A DNA stretch of 64,000 nt from Octopus sinensis (taxonomy: Eukaryota). The DNA is taken from the NCBI RefSeq assembly GCF_006345805.1, contig NC_042998.1, positions 69,006,001-69,070,000 on the forward strand, given 5' to 3'. This document shows positions 1 to 11,603 of the stretch, one piece after another (position 1 is the stretch's first letter; each line of letters starts with the position of its first letter). The position numbers and the translations under genes are program-made. A model generated the notes under the pieces. The model saw only the letters and a list, made by a program, of their open reading frames with translations, was not told where the DNA came from and did no database searches.

Positions 1-130
1 ACAAGCTCCTAATAGTTTCTTGCTGTGAAGACACGTGCTAAGCAGGTTTTTATAACACACCTTACATCTCCAAGCAATCTTCGGGCTTTAAACACATAAT
101 CTGTTCCTTAACAGATTATGTGTTTAAACA

Positions 131-190
<60 letters not shown>

Positions 191-421
191 TAGCAGCTAA
201 GCCCAGTATCACCCGGTCTGTTTGGATGATGTGGCTCTGATCATTTTCGGTAAGGCATAATCTATAACAGCATTTCTCAACCTTATCATTTCAGGTCCCC
301 TGTTTCGATTGGAGCCTCCAGCTATATGAAAATTCCCTGATTCTCCCCCACCCTTGCCAGAAAACAGCTTCAGGAGTTGTGAAGAACGAATTTGTACATA
401 GTCTGCTTCTGAGTGTTAATC

Positions 422-910
422 TATTGGACCTCTGTCTAATCATTAAAACATTTATTTAATTATGAACATAGAAAGAAATTATACATTAATCCCTATTTTT
501 GTGTGTGTGTGTGCACGTGCATTGTTATGCATATGTATGTGAGAGAGAAAGAGGGTGATAAAGAGAGAGTGAGTGAGTTAAGGTGTGTGTCATGATGATT
601 AAGGTACTTGTACGTAGTCTGTTTCTGAGAGCTACTGTATTGGACCTCTGTCTAATCATTAAAACATTTATTTAATTATGAACATAGAAAAAAATTATAC
701 ATTAATCACTATTTCTGTAAGCAGTTGTATCTTTAAAAATTTTATTTGCAAAGAGCAGAAATTGAAAGACAATATTTGAAATGGACGTGTGTGTGTGTAT
801 GTGTGTGTTTGTGGGTGCATGCCTCTATGCTTGCGTGTGTGTATGTGAGAGAGAAAGAGGGTGATAAAGAAAGATAGAGTGAGTGAGTGAAGGTGTGTGT
901 CATGATGATT
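422..910. repeat. Local direct duplication (422-600 and 638-910; the second copy has an extra ~70-bp segment)
   Basis: TATTGGACCTCTGTCTAATCATTAAAAC... and GTATGTGAGAGAGAAAGAGGGTGATAAAG... each occur twice. Confidence 0.88.
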
Positions 911-2295
911 GACGTCTTTTAAGGTAAACCCCACAAAGAGGTGAAAGAAGAGAGACAGCATAATGAGAAAGTTTTGGCTGGCTGTCATCCTGTACTCCCC
1001 TTGTTGCTAGCGAAATGATATATGCCTGCCGTGTGAGCAACTGGTTGTTTTAATGGCAGAACAAACAGGGGGAATTCCATTAGAAAAGTTTTAATCGATT
1101 TTCTCTGTAAATATGGGGACTAAGAAAAAAATACTAACCGCATTCCAATGTATGCACCCATCTCCACATATGTGCCATTTTTCACGCGCATCCACCCAGC
1201 CGTTTGGCTGTGAACTTCAAGACAAGAAAGAATACAACAATCGCCCATGTCCAATTTATATTATTGATATATATATATACATACACATACATATAACAGA
1301 CTTCCACACAGTTTTCTGTGTATCACATCCACTCACAAAACATAGGTTGGCCCAGTGCTATAGTCGAAGACACCAAAGCACCATTAAATGGGATTAAACT
1401 CAAACCAACCGTACAACCATGCCTGTGTCCTACACTAATTTTTCATTGAGTTTTAGTCAAGAACAGAACAAAGGTGAAATGGTGAAATTCAAACCAGTCA
1501 CAACCAATCTTTACTAACAGAGCAAAAGATTTCACTGGTTATTATTATTATTAGGTGCAAATGTGGATGTGTAGTAAGTTTATTTCCCAACCACATCGAT
1601 CTGGGTTCAGTCACATTGTGTGCCACCTTGGGCAAGTTTTTTCTATTATAACTTTGGGCCAATCAAAACTTTGTGAGAAGATTTGATAGACGAAAGCTGA
1701 AAGTATCCTGTTGTATGCATGTGTGTGTGTCCTACAACCACTTGAGCATCAGTGTTGGTGTGTTTACATCTCCATAACTTAGCAGTTCAGCAAAATAGAG
1801 TGATAGAATAAGTAAGGTGGTACCCCAGCACGACTGCAGTTTAATGACTGAAACAAGTAGAAGACGAAAGACATTATGTCCATGTGACTATCACATGCAC
1901 ATATAATGATACTTTTCAGTAAACTTTGCAGTAGACAAAGAAGAAATTTCTTACAAGCCATATTTATTTTAATGACAGAAGAATAACAAAAATTTCTTAT
2001 TTAGGATTTGGTTGAGGATTATGAGATATTACATGAAAATATCCAGAGGCTTTGTGGCTTTCAAATGGATTAATGTTAGATTAAGCTCCAATCCAGAATG
2101 GCAGGTGAGAAATAAATATAATTTTGTTACTCAAGTTAACAAACATGAAGACAATAGACAATAAAACAACATAATGTTTGTATATGAATAAGTCAACTCT
2201 GAAACAGACCAGATTTGAACCCCTGAATATTGAGACGACTGTAACCAAACACCCTGATTACCAACAAAACATAAACAATAACATAATATTGTTTT

Positions 2296-2535
2296 AAAGG
2301 CGAGCTGGCAGAATTGTTAGCATGCCGGGCGAAATGCTTATCAGTATTTCGACTGCCGTTACATTCTGAGTTCTGTTCAAATTCCACCGAGGTTGACGTT
2401 ACCTTTCATCCTCTTGGGGTCGATTAAATAAGTACCAGTTACGCACTAGGGTCGATGTAATTTACTTAATCCCTTTGTCTATCCTTGTTTGTCCCGTCTA
2501 TGTTTAGCCACCTGTGGACAATAAAGAAATAACAT
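2296..2535 (+). mobile_element. tRNA-derived SINE family B (others at 18460-18835 -, 32540-32750 +, 40104-40300 +)
   Basis: AAGGCGAGCTGGCAGAA...GAGTTCAAATTCC...CTTTCATCCT...GGGGTCGAT.AAATAAGTACCAG recurs across the window. Confidence 0.8.
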
Positions 2536-3171
2536 AAAATTGTTTTAAAGAGAAAGAATAAGAGGAGAGACAACGACAATGAAAGGCCAGACAGCATCCA
2601 TCTGCAACTGATTGTCACATTTACATGTGGCTAATGAAATCACATGTTCTAGGTGAAGATTGGCCTCACTAGCCACATTTACCACCAGCTTTAATGGTTC
2701 AAATATTCTCCCGGAGAAATCAGTCCTCAGATTTGAGGGACAAGCTGACGACTATGATACGTGTATGACTATGTTATCCAATGTGTCCATTTTGGGTTTT
2801 TTTTTAAGGTAGCAGGGTATCATTTAGGAATTATTTACTGCTATTTCTAGTAGGTCAAGTGACCAACTAGAAGTAGAATAGAGACTCTCTTGTTGGCTTA
2901 TGGCATTGCTAGAGAAGCAGTGGGAAACCACAAAGCTTGGGCTATTCTTTCTAGCTTACTCAAACCCAGTTATCACAAAACTTCAGTTCCTAACTTCCAT
3001 TGGTATTACATAAACACTACCCCCTGTCAGGGGGCTGAATGACTGTTGTTGATTCAAACCAAGTTGTTTCCATCAGCTGCATCTTTTAAACATCTGCCAA
3101 CATTACATAAACATTTCGTTGATGGGTTGTAGCTGATTCAGACCACTGACCTCAATCAAACCTTCTTTTAA

Positions 3172-4026
3172 CCCTTTAGCATAACAATTACTCCGTCAAA
3201 TGCAATACTTATTTATTCACATCATCATCATTGTTTAACGTCCGCTTTCCATGCTGGCATGGGTTGGACGGTTCGACTGGGGTCTGGGAAGCCAGGAGGC
3301 TGCACCAGGCTCCAGTCTGATCTGGCAGTGTTTTTATACCTGGATGCCTTTCCTAATGCCAACCACTCTGAGTGGGTGCTTTTTGCGTGCCACCAGCACA
3401 GGGGCCAGAGGGAGCTGGCATCAACCATGTTTGGATGGAGTTTTTATGTGTCACTGGTATGAGAGCCAGTCAAGGCAGCGCTGGCATCAGCCACATTCAG
3501 ATGGTGGCTTTTTACATGCCACTGGTACAGGAGCCAGTCAGGAATCATACATTATCACATACTTTTAAAATTTCAATGATGTGGTGTGCCAGCGCTGCCT
3601 CGACTGACTTCTGTGCCGGTGCCACATAAAAGGCACCATCCGAACGTGACGATGCCAGCGCCACCTTGGCTGGCTTCCATGCCGGTGGCACGTAAAAAGC
3701 ACCAACCGATCGTGGACGATACCGGACTCCCCTGGCACCTGTGCAGGTGGCACGTAAAAAGCACCCACTACACTTGCGGAGTGGTTGGCGTTAGGAAGGG
3801 CATCCAGCTGTAGAAACACTGCCAGATCAGACTGGAGCCTGGTGCAGCCCCTGGCTTCCCAGACCCCGGTCGAACCGTCCAACCCGTGCTAGCATGGAAA
3901 ACGGACATTAAACGATGATGATGATGATGAATGACATTCTAGAGTACAGGTAAGAGACCAGATCTATCAGTATGAACATAAAACAGAATATTTAGGCCAG
4001 ATATAACTAGTTTGAATGCTAAAGGG
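3172..4026. mobile_element. piggyBac-like MITE carrying two RTE-tail insertions
   Basis: TTAA on both sides; TIR CCCTTTAGCAT / ATGCTAAAGGG; body matches the copy near 31010-31205. Confidence 0.8.
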
Positions 4027-4602
4027 TTAAACTTCCACAAGCTTTACCCAAACACTATGCTCCGACAAAGAACTGAAGTCCAAAACGGCAGCTTCACTGC
4101 AATCAAAGCCTACAATCTTCCAGGTTGTACAACCAGAATCATTCTGTAAAATTTAATCAGAAATTCGGTTGTTGCTTGTTGCGTTTACTATAGCAGTGGC
4201 TGTTATTATATTGTTGTAAACAGAAATGACATACAATTAGGTAATTAACCTAGTGGGACATTTGCCAAATAGATCAACTATTACGGTTTCTCCATTCCTG
4301 TCTTTGCTCTGTTATATATATTTTTTTGCGATCTTTTAATTTTTATCACGAGATTCTTTATAATCTAGATTTTTCCATGTCAGAACAGGAAGAGAACAAA
4401 TGCAAAAAGAACTTGTATACTTATATTTGTTTTGCAGGGTCTTTTGTTGTTGGTTTTTTTTTTTTCTTTCTTACACACACACACACACACACATACACAT
4501 ATGCTGTATTTGAAGAAACAGAATTGTTTCATGTTAGAAAAGCTACTGAAACGACAAACTGAGCATAAAGACCATGTCAAAATTCACCTAATTTCTCCGC
4601 AA

Positions 4603-4648
4603 GACACCTGATGAAGGCTGGAGGGTATATCAGCCGAAACGTTGTGTT
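4603..4648 (+). ncRNA. Minimal type-I hammerhead ribozyme motif in a Penelope-like terminal remnant (about 4590-4700)
   Basis: GACAC-CTGATGA-A-GGCTG(10 nt)CAGCC-GAAAC-GTT-GTGTT: helix I, core, helix II and palindromic ACGT mini-helix III. Confidence 0.65.
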
Positions 4649-5909
4649 AACAACAAACGAGATGAGGACAAATATCCATCAAATGTAAAGAATGTAAACA
4701 ACTTTTGGTAAGCAGAGAAGCATAACAAACCAAAGGTAGATCTGATACCATTGTAGGTGTAGAACAGTATTAAACATTAATGTATCCAAAAACAAAGGCA
4801 CAGGGCCATAAATTTAGTTGGTGGATGGGGGGCACTGGATGATATAAGTTAATTTTATGAATCTCAAAAGTTGGCAGGTGTTATATTTTATTGGAAAGAT
4901 GAGAGGCAAAGTCAACTCAGGTGGAATAATATTAGACTAACTCCCGTGCCAGTGGCACATAAAAGGCACCCACTACACTCTCAGAGTGGTCAGCATTAGA
5001 AAGGTCATACCATTGTAGAAACCAAGCCAAATTAGATTGGAGCTTGGTGCAGCCTCCTGGCTTGCCAGTCATCAGTCAAACTATCCAACCCATGCCAGCA
5101 TGGACATTAACTGATGATGATGATGATGATGATGAAGGATAGCTCTTTCTCTCTCTCTCTTTTTTCTCCAATCCTTTTAATACCAACCCACCTAAGACCA
5201 CCCTCGGTTCTATTATAAAAACTTACTGTTTGAAGTAATTTCAATTAAAACCTTCATCAAAATATATATTCAGACACCAGTTTTAATAACAACAAAGTTA
5301 CTTTAATAAATTTGTCGTTAGCTTCTATTTCAATTTTGAAAATATGTATTTCAACAGAAATATGGTAAAAAAATGGTTAAAGTGATCTAAATTGTTCAAA
5401 AGATATTAAATATAAATTAAAACAGACAGAAAAACAAGGATTCATTGGAAGAGACCCTTTTTTTTATTGTTTCTTTTTGAGGTTTATTTTTGATAAATCA
5501 TAATTAATTGATTTAAATTTATAAGGAAAACTATTAAATAATATAAAACCAGAAATTAGATTTAAATACAGGAGATGAAAAAATATATATAAAGAATAAA
5601 TAAATAAATAAGAAAACAAAAAATCAATAACACAAGATGATATTTAAGACAAAGTTATGACAATACAACATTAAATAACTGTGTGAACAAAATATCGGAA
5701 GTCAATCAAACCTAGAAAGAACTATATCTGTGCACACACACACACACACACACACAACATGCCTCTTTCAGTCTCCATCTATCGAATCCACTCACAAGGC
5801 TTTGATTGGCCCTGGGCTATAGTAGAAGACAGTTGTCCAAGATGCTGCCTAGTGGGACTGAACTCAAGACCACATGGATGGGAAGCCAGCTTCTTAACCC
5901 ATGCCTTCA

Positions 5910-5952
<43 letters not shown>

Positions 5953-5958
<6 letters not shown>

Positions 5959-6013
5959 TTTTAGCCAAAACAATGCATATAAATTGCATTGTTTTGGCTT
6001 AATATCTAAAACG

Positions 6014-6045
<32 letters not shown>

Positions 6046-6156
6046 AATCATCATCATCACGTTAAACGATGATGATGATGATATATATATATATATGTTT
6101 TAGACATAAAGCCAAAACAATGCAATTTATATGCATCGTTTTGGCTAAAAAAATAT
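5953..6156. repeat. Nested inverted repeat (about 60-bp arms, each with a 15-bp-stem palindrome)
   Basis: Arms 5953-6012 and 6097-6156; internal AGCCAAAACAATGCA-7nt-TGCATTGTTTTGGCT. Confidence 0.92.
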
Positions 6157-8924
6157 TCGAAATAGTTATATCAAATGATGCTTCATGAAAAATGTGAGTG
6201 TGTGTGTGTAATGTGTAAATTTTGCAGATTTTTTTGTTATTAATGTAATGTTTGCTGACAAATAACTTGGACAGTGAAAAACCTCAAAAACTAACCCCTG
6301 TATTCTCATTGTAACATAAAACATGAGAGAATATAACAGTTCTGGAGTTCCCAGTCTCACATGAACATCAACAACAACAATAATAACAATAATAATAACA
6401 ACAATGCTGTATCGAGGTTAGTTAACCTCCATGTTGTATCAATAAAGAGGCAGTGGTGGTGGTGGTGGTGCAGGCACACAGGATTCTAGTCCTAAGTTGG
6501 AAGAGGATTTGGGATTGGGAGAAATTTAAGCAAGCATATCAATAACCAAACATGGATTTGTGTAGAAAAAACATGAATTTCTGATTTTGTTGTGTTGGGA
6601 GGGCTATTATGCCACTAATAAACACATGTACTGGCTCTATTTCACTTCTTTTATTATTCATGGTATCAATCAGACTATCAAATATTGTTATACACCACTG
6701 GTTACAATGCGCTTCACATTGTTTTAGCTTTCGAATGATGCCATCCTGCTGGCTAGGCAAGCAAGTCATATGAACCCATGATTTAGTGATTGTAAGTGCA
6801 ATATTCTAACCACTAGGCTGAGTACCTTCACATTATTGTTATTATTATTGAGTGAGAGAGCAGTGCATGCTATCAAAGTGACACTGGGGTGCAAATATAC
6901 AAAGCCCAATATACCCATCATGACTACCCATCTGATAAAGGTACACCAGGCACATGCATCACAATCATATAGACATGACATGGTGATCTCATATCAAGAT
7001 AAACAGTTCATAAGCTCAGGAGAGCTTGAACTTGTAAAGAGCCAAAAGAAATGACGCTGAGTATTTTGTTTGGTGTGGTAACGATTCTGCCAGCTTGCCC
7101 ACTTTATAAAAGTGAAATAGAACCAGTGCTGACCCAACAAAAATATATTTCAACAAATGAGATTACATCAAGAATCATTTTACACACCAAATACAAAACA
7201 ATGCATTCAGGGACAACATTTAAAATATCAATAAGAAAAGGAATTGTTTTTCCCACTAAAGAAATCCAGGTTCTAATTCAGATCTCATCAGAGCAGCTGC
7301 ACCATTTGTTTTTTTGATAATAAATAAGCGTATGAATAATATATATTGAACATAACCAATATTGAACCATAAGGACTCAATGTGGATCAAGTTAATCCGA
7401 TTAATTATAATCATAATATTCATGAAATTATTATTATTATGTTGATATGTTACTATGTTTATAAGAAATCAAACAAGCAGAAAAATGTTCTGCTGTTGTT
7501 GTTATTGTAATCACACTCTTTTGTATATTTGACACAATGTCACAGTCATATGTCTCTCCACAATTTTGAAAGAACATGCCCACCACTTCAAAGGACATAC
7601 AACATGAGTGATGGAATGATGGAAATGGTTCATGTTGGAGAAGCATGGTCATTATACGAATGAAACAAAGCATTTTTATGTGGGTGAAATGAAAAGGTTT
7701 TGTAAGCATTGTGACACTGCTTGATAAATTAACATTTCTTTGCACCAATTTGTCTGTGATAGCCTGAGGTCCTAGAATACAGAACTGATCCCTTTAATGT
7801 GATTATTTGCCTTTCATCTTTTACTTATTTCAGTCATTGAACTGTGATCATTCTGGGGCATCACGTTGAGGAATTTTGGTCGAATACACCAACCTCAGTA
7901 CTTTAAAATTTTTTTGAGCCTGATACTAATTTAGCAGCTCTTTTGTTGAAAGGGATATAAACATACCAAAACCAGTTATAAAGTGGTTGCAGGGTCAAAC
8001 GCAGACACAAACACATACATACATATACACAATGGGCTTCTTTCAGTTTCCATCTACCAAATCTATTCACAAGTCTTTGGCCAGCCTAAGGCTATAGAAG
8101 AAGACACTTGCCCAAGGTACCATACAGTAGGACGGAACCTGGAATTATGTGGTTGGGAAGCAAACTTCTTACCACACAGCCACTCCTGCATCTAATTCAT
8201 TTTTGGTGGGGAAGATACCAACTTTCCCAAGATCCCAGAATACAAAACTGATCATTTTAAAGCATTTTGCTTAAGAATTGTTTCTCTATTATATATTTTA
8301 ACCTTTTTGTTACTATATTTCTGTTATTATTTAATTAATGTTTGGTAACGAAAGGGTTAAAACATGGTTTTATGCAAGAATAATTTTTTATTAAGTTATG
8401 TTCCAAACACCAACTTATTAATGGTTTCAAATTTAGCCAGAAGGCCAAAAGTTCTGAGGGGAGGGTGTTAGTTGATATCATCAGCCCTGGTACTCGACTA
8501 ATTCTTCATTCTATCAACCCTGGAGGGATGAAAGATAAATTTGACTTCAGCAGGATTTAAACTCAAAATATGTATAGCTGAAATAAATACTGCAATGGTC
8601 TTAATTATTCTTGACAATCGTACCAGCTTGCCACCAATGGAAAGGTGCTGTGGATTATCTCAACCCATATCATCATCATCATCAACCACTGCACATTGTC
8701 TTGAACCCTAGGACTCTTAGGGTCAGTTACCTGGTTTCCAAGGTATACAATTGACTAAGATTACAATATTGCCCCTGAACAGGATGCCTGTCCCTTACAG
8801 TTTTATTCATTTTCAGTTGAGTGGACTGAAATGAAGGGTTTTGTTCAAGAACACTGCCTGGTTTGAGAATTAACAATGAAATTATTGTGTACTACAACTC
8901 ATCAAATATGCATGTATAACACAG

Positions 8925-9243
8925 AATGATGTACAAAAGTCAGGAAAGTGAACAGTGTATGAGTCATGATATACATGTGTACATGCGTATGGAGGTGGGG
9001 AGGATATCAGGTGTAGTGTTGGTGAATTTCAGGAAGCATGGAGGTTTGATGGATGCAATGTCTCAGCAACTAACAACTGATGTAGGTAGTCTCTTCCATG
9101 CTTCAGCAACTCTGGGTGTGAAAAAATGTTTCTGAAAGTCATGGGAGCTGTGCTGTTTTCTGACTTTGTAGACATGCCCACATGTTAGACACATGGAGTT
9201 CAAAGAGGTGCTCAAGGTTGCTGCTGGCACGATGGTTAATAAT
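8925..9243 (-). mobile_element. Older CR1 3' fragment
   Basis: Diverged similarity to 11700-12030. Confidence 0.75.
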
Positions 9244-9506
9244 TGAAACTGTAAGCTTGCAATTATGAGTACAACATCCTAACTACTAGGCCACATGCCT
9301 TCACTACTGAACTGGAACTTTAGTTAATCAACTAAAGGGGCCAAACACAAAGTTTACCTCAGTGAAATTCAAAATTTAAGACATAAAGAGCTGAAATAAA
9401 TATTACAAAATTGCAAGGAAATTTACTCTGATGCTCAAACAAATCTTCCATCTCCCCACTTTGAACTATCAACTTGAGAATGAAAAAGTCAGTCATTCTC
9501 CTAAAC

Positions 9507-9761
9507 CAAAGGTTCTCAACAGGGGTTCATATAAGATTTTGTTGTTAAAATTTGTGTGTAACAAACTGGTTATATTTCAATACAAAAAAATATTTGGAAA
9601 ATTTTTTACACGATTCCTAATAATATTTAATCATAAAAATCATAATAGGAGTATTTAGACATCAAATGACTATGAGGGTCCCCCAACCACCACCACCACC
9701 ACCACTTGGGTAGAAAAGGAATCAAAGTAGTTCAAAAGCAAAAAATGGTTGAGAACCATTG
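9507..9761. mobile_element. hAT (Charlie-like) MITE
   Basis: TIR CAAAGGTTCTCAAC / GTTGAGAACCATTG; perfect 8-bp TSD TCCTAAAC. Confidence 0.88.
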
Positions 9762-11437
9762 TCCTAAACCTTCACCAAATTCTTAATTATTTTAGATGTT
9801 AATTGACACAGATTGTTGAGCACCCCAGTACACTCTCTATAGTGGTTGTCATTGGGAAGGGCATCCAGCCATAGAAACCAAACCAAAAAAGACAAACAGA
9901 GCCTAGTGCAGCTCTCTGGCTTGCCTGTTCCTTTCAAACCAGTGCACTCATGCCAGCATGGAAAACAGATGTATGATGATAATGATGATGGTGTCAGGGT
10001 GTTATGTAACAAATATGGCCTGGAAAAGTATAAACATTATTGAAAAATATAACGGTCATTATTATTTACAGAGCTGGCTTAGTGGCATTTCATCCATCTT
10101 TATGTTTTGGGTTCAAATTCCGGCAAGGTTGACTTTGATTTTCATCCCTTCAAGGTCAATAATATAAATACCAGTTGTGTACTGGGGTCAATGTAATTAA
10201 CTTACCCTTGCTTCCTCGAAATTGCTGGTCTTGTGCCAGAATTTGAAACCATTATTTGCAGTGGTTGTTTGGATTTCTTTTCATTGATCAGAAAATTATC
10301 ATCACATTTCTTAAAATTTTATTCTATTTTGTTTTAATTAATCACAAAGAGGAACAAGGGGCAGGGAACAGAGAGATGGAGGGGACAGAGTGGTTATTGC
10401 ACATCGCAAACATTGCAAGTCACCTCAGACATGTCAGATTAATACAAATGATGACGATGATGATGATGATGATGACGATGTTTTAACAGCGTTGTTAATT
10501 AAACTATATTAATTATGCAAGAAATCAAATTAAAAAATTTTTCAAGTTGAAAACAACGAAAAAGAACATTTAGTGAGAAAAATAATATAGATACAATGAA
10601 GAAAAAAATTTTTTAATACTGCTCTCTCTCAATATAAATATGTATATATATACATACAAACACACACACACATATATATGTATCACATACACATATCTAT
10701 ACATATACATACATTTATATGTATATGTATACATTCACACATATATCTACATATATACATAAACATGTGCACACCCATTCACCCACACACTATATATATA
10801 TATATATATGTCCAACCCATGGAAAGCGGACGCTAAATGATGATGATGATGATGATGATACATACATACATACATATATAAATAAACAAAATTTCCCACA
10901 CATTTCTCATCTCCAATATTTGAAAGTAAATTTTAAGGACACAAGGAAGTTACACCAGGAAGGAAGGGAAAGCTAATAAATGGAGGAGGATGAGGAGGAG
11001 GATACAGACAGACAAAACAAAAAACATAACCAAACAAACAAATAGACAAACATATCTGATGACAATCGGAAAATATAATGAAAAAAAATTTCTGCTTTCT
11101 TTCTTTTTCCCTACTTGGGTTTCTTTTTGTTGTTTTTGTCACAGTTGTTTGTTGATGGATTTGTGTCTGTGTGTCACTGATAGTCTGCAGTTAGCAGAAA
11201 CCAGGGGGAGGGGCATGAGCAGGACAACTTCCAACTCTCAGAATAATACAAATTCTAACAGAACAATGTAAACAACACTTCTCTCTCCACCCCCACCCCT
11301 CTCTCATCTCTCCATAACACTGATGACCTTTGACATCGTCAAATGTATTACTTCCACCATCACTACCATCACCATGCTGAAACTGGTACAGTTTAAAATT
11401 ACTGTAGTCTGTAGCAACAATGAAACAGTCAAACTTC

Positions 11438-11490
11438 CTAAACTTTCTCAACTGAAGAGGCACTGTGAAGTGGCACCAATGAACCAGGTT
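11438..11490 (-). CDS. CARF: Probable CARF terminal coding exon ([17 protein letters not shown])
   Basis: Very strong acceptor ttttttcttctctattttcag at 11491-11512; a phase-1 join gives 17 codons then TAG. No homology evidence for this tail. Confidence 0.6.
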
Positions 11491-11563
11491 CTGAAAATAG
11501 AGAAGAAAAAATAACAAATATATATTATATAAATAACATGAAAAAATACAATAGAATTTGAGG

Positions 11564-11603
<40 letters not shown>

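Noticed and set aside
186-300. Helitron-like start (TACTAGCAG...CCCGG) and hAT-like TIR (CAGCATTTCTCAACC)
   Set aside because: Only one end of each is visible, which is not enough to call an element.
3221-3930. Single double-ended (two-tailed) retrotransposition event
   Set aside because: The sequence between the two copies is host MITE sequence, so these are two independent insertions.
11191-11517. 108-aa ORF-track product as a CARF exon
   Set aside because: That frame is incompatible with the phase-1 donor of exon 11. The compatible frame stops after 17 codons.
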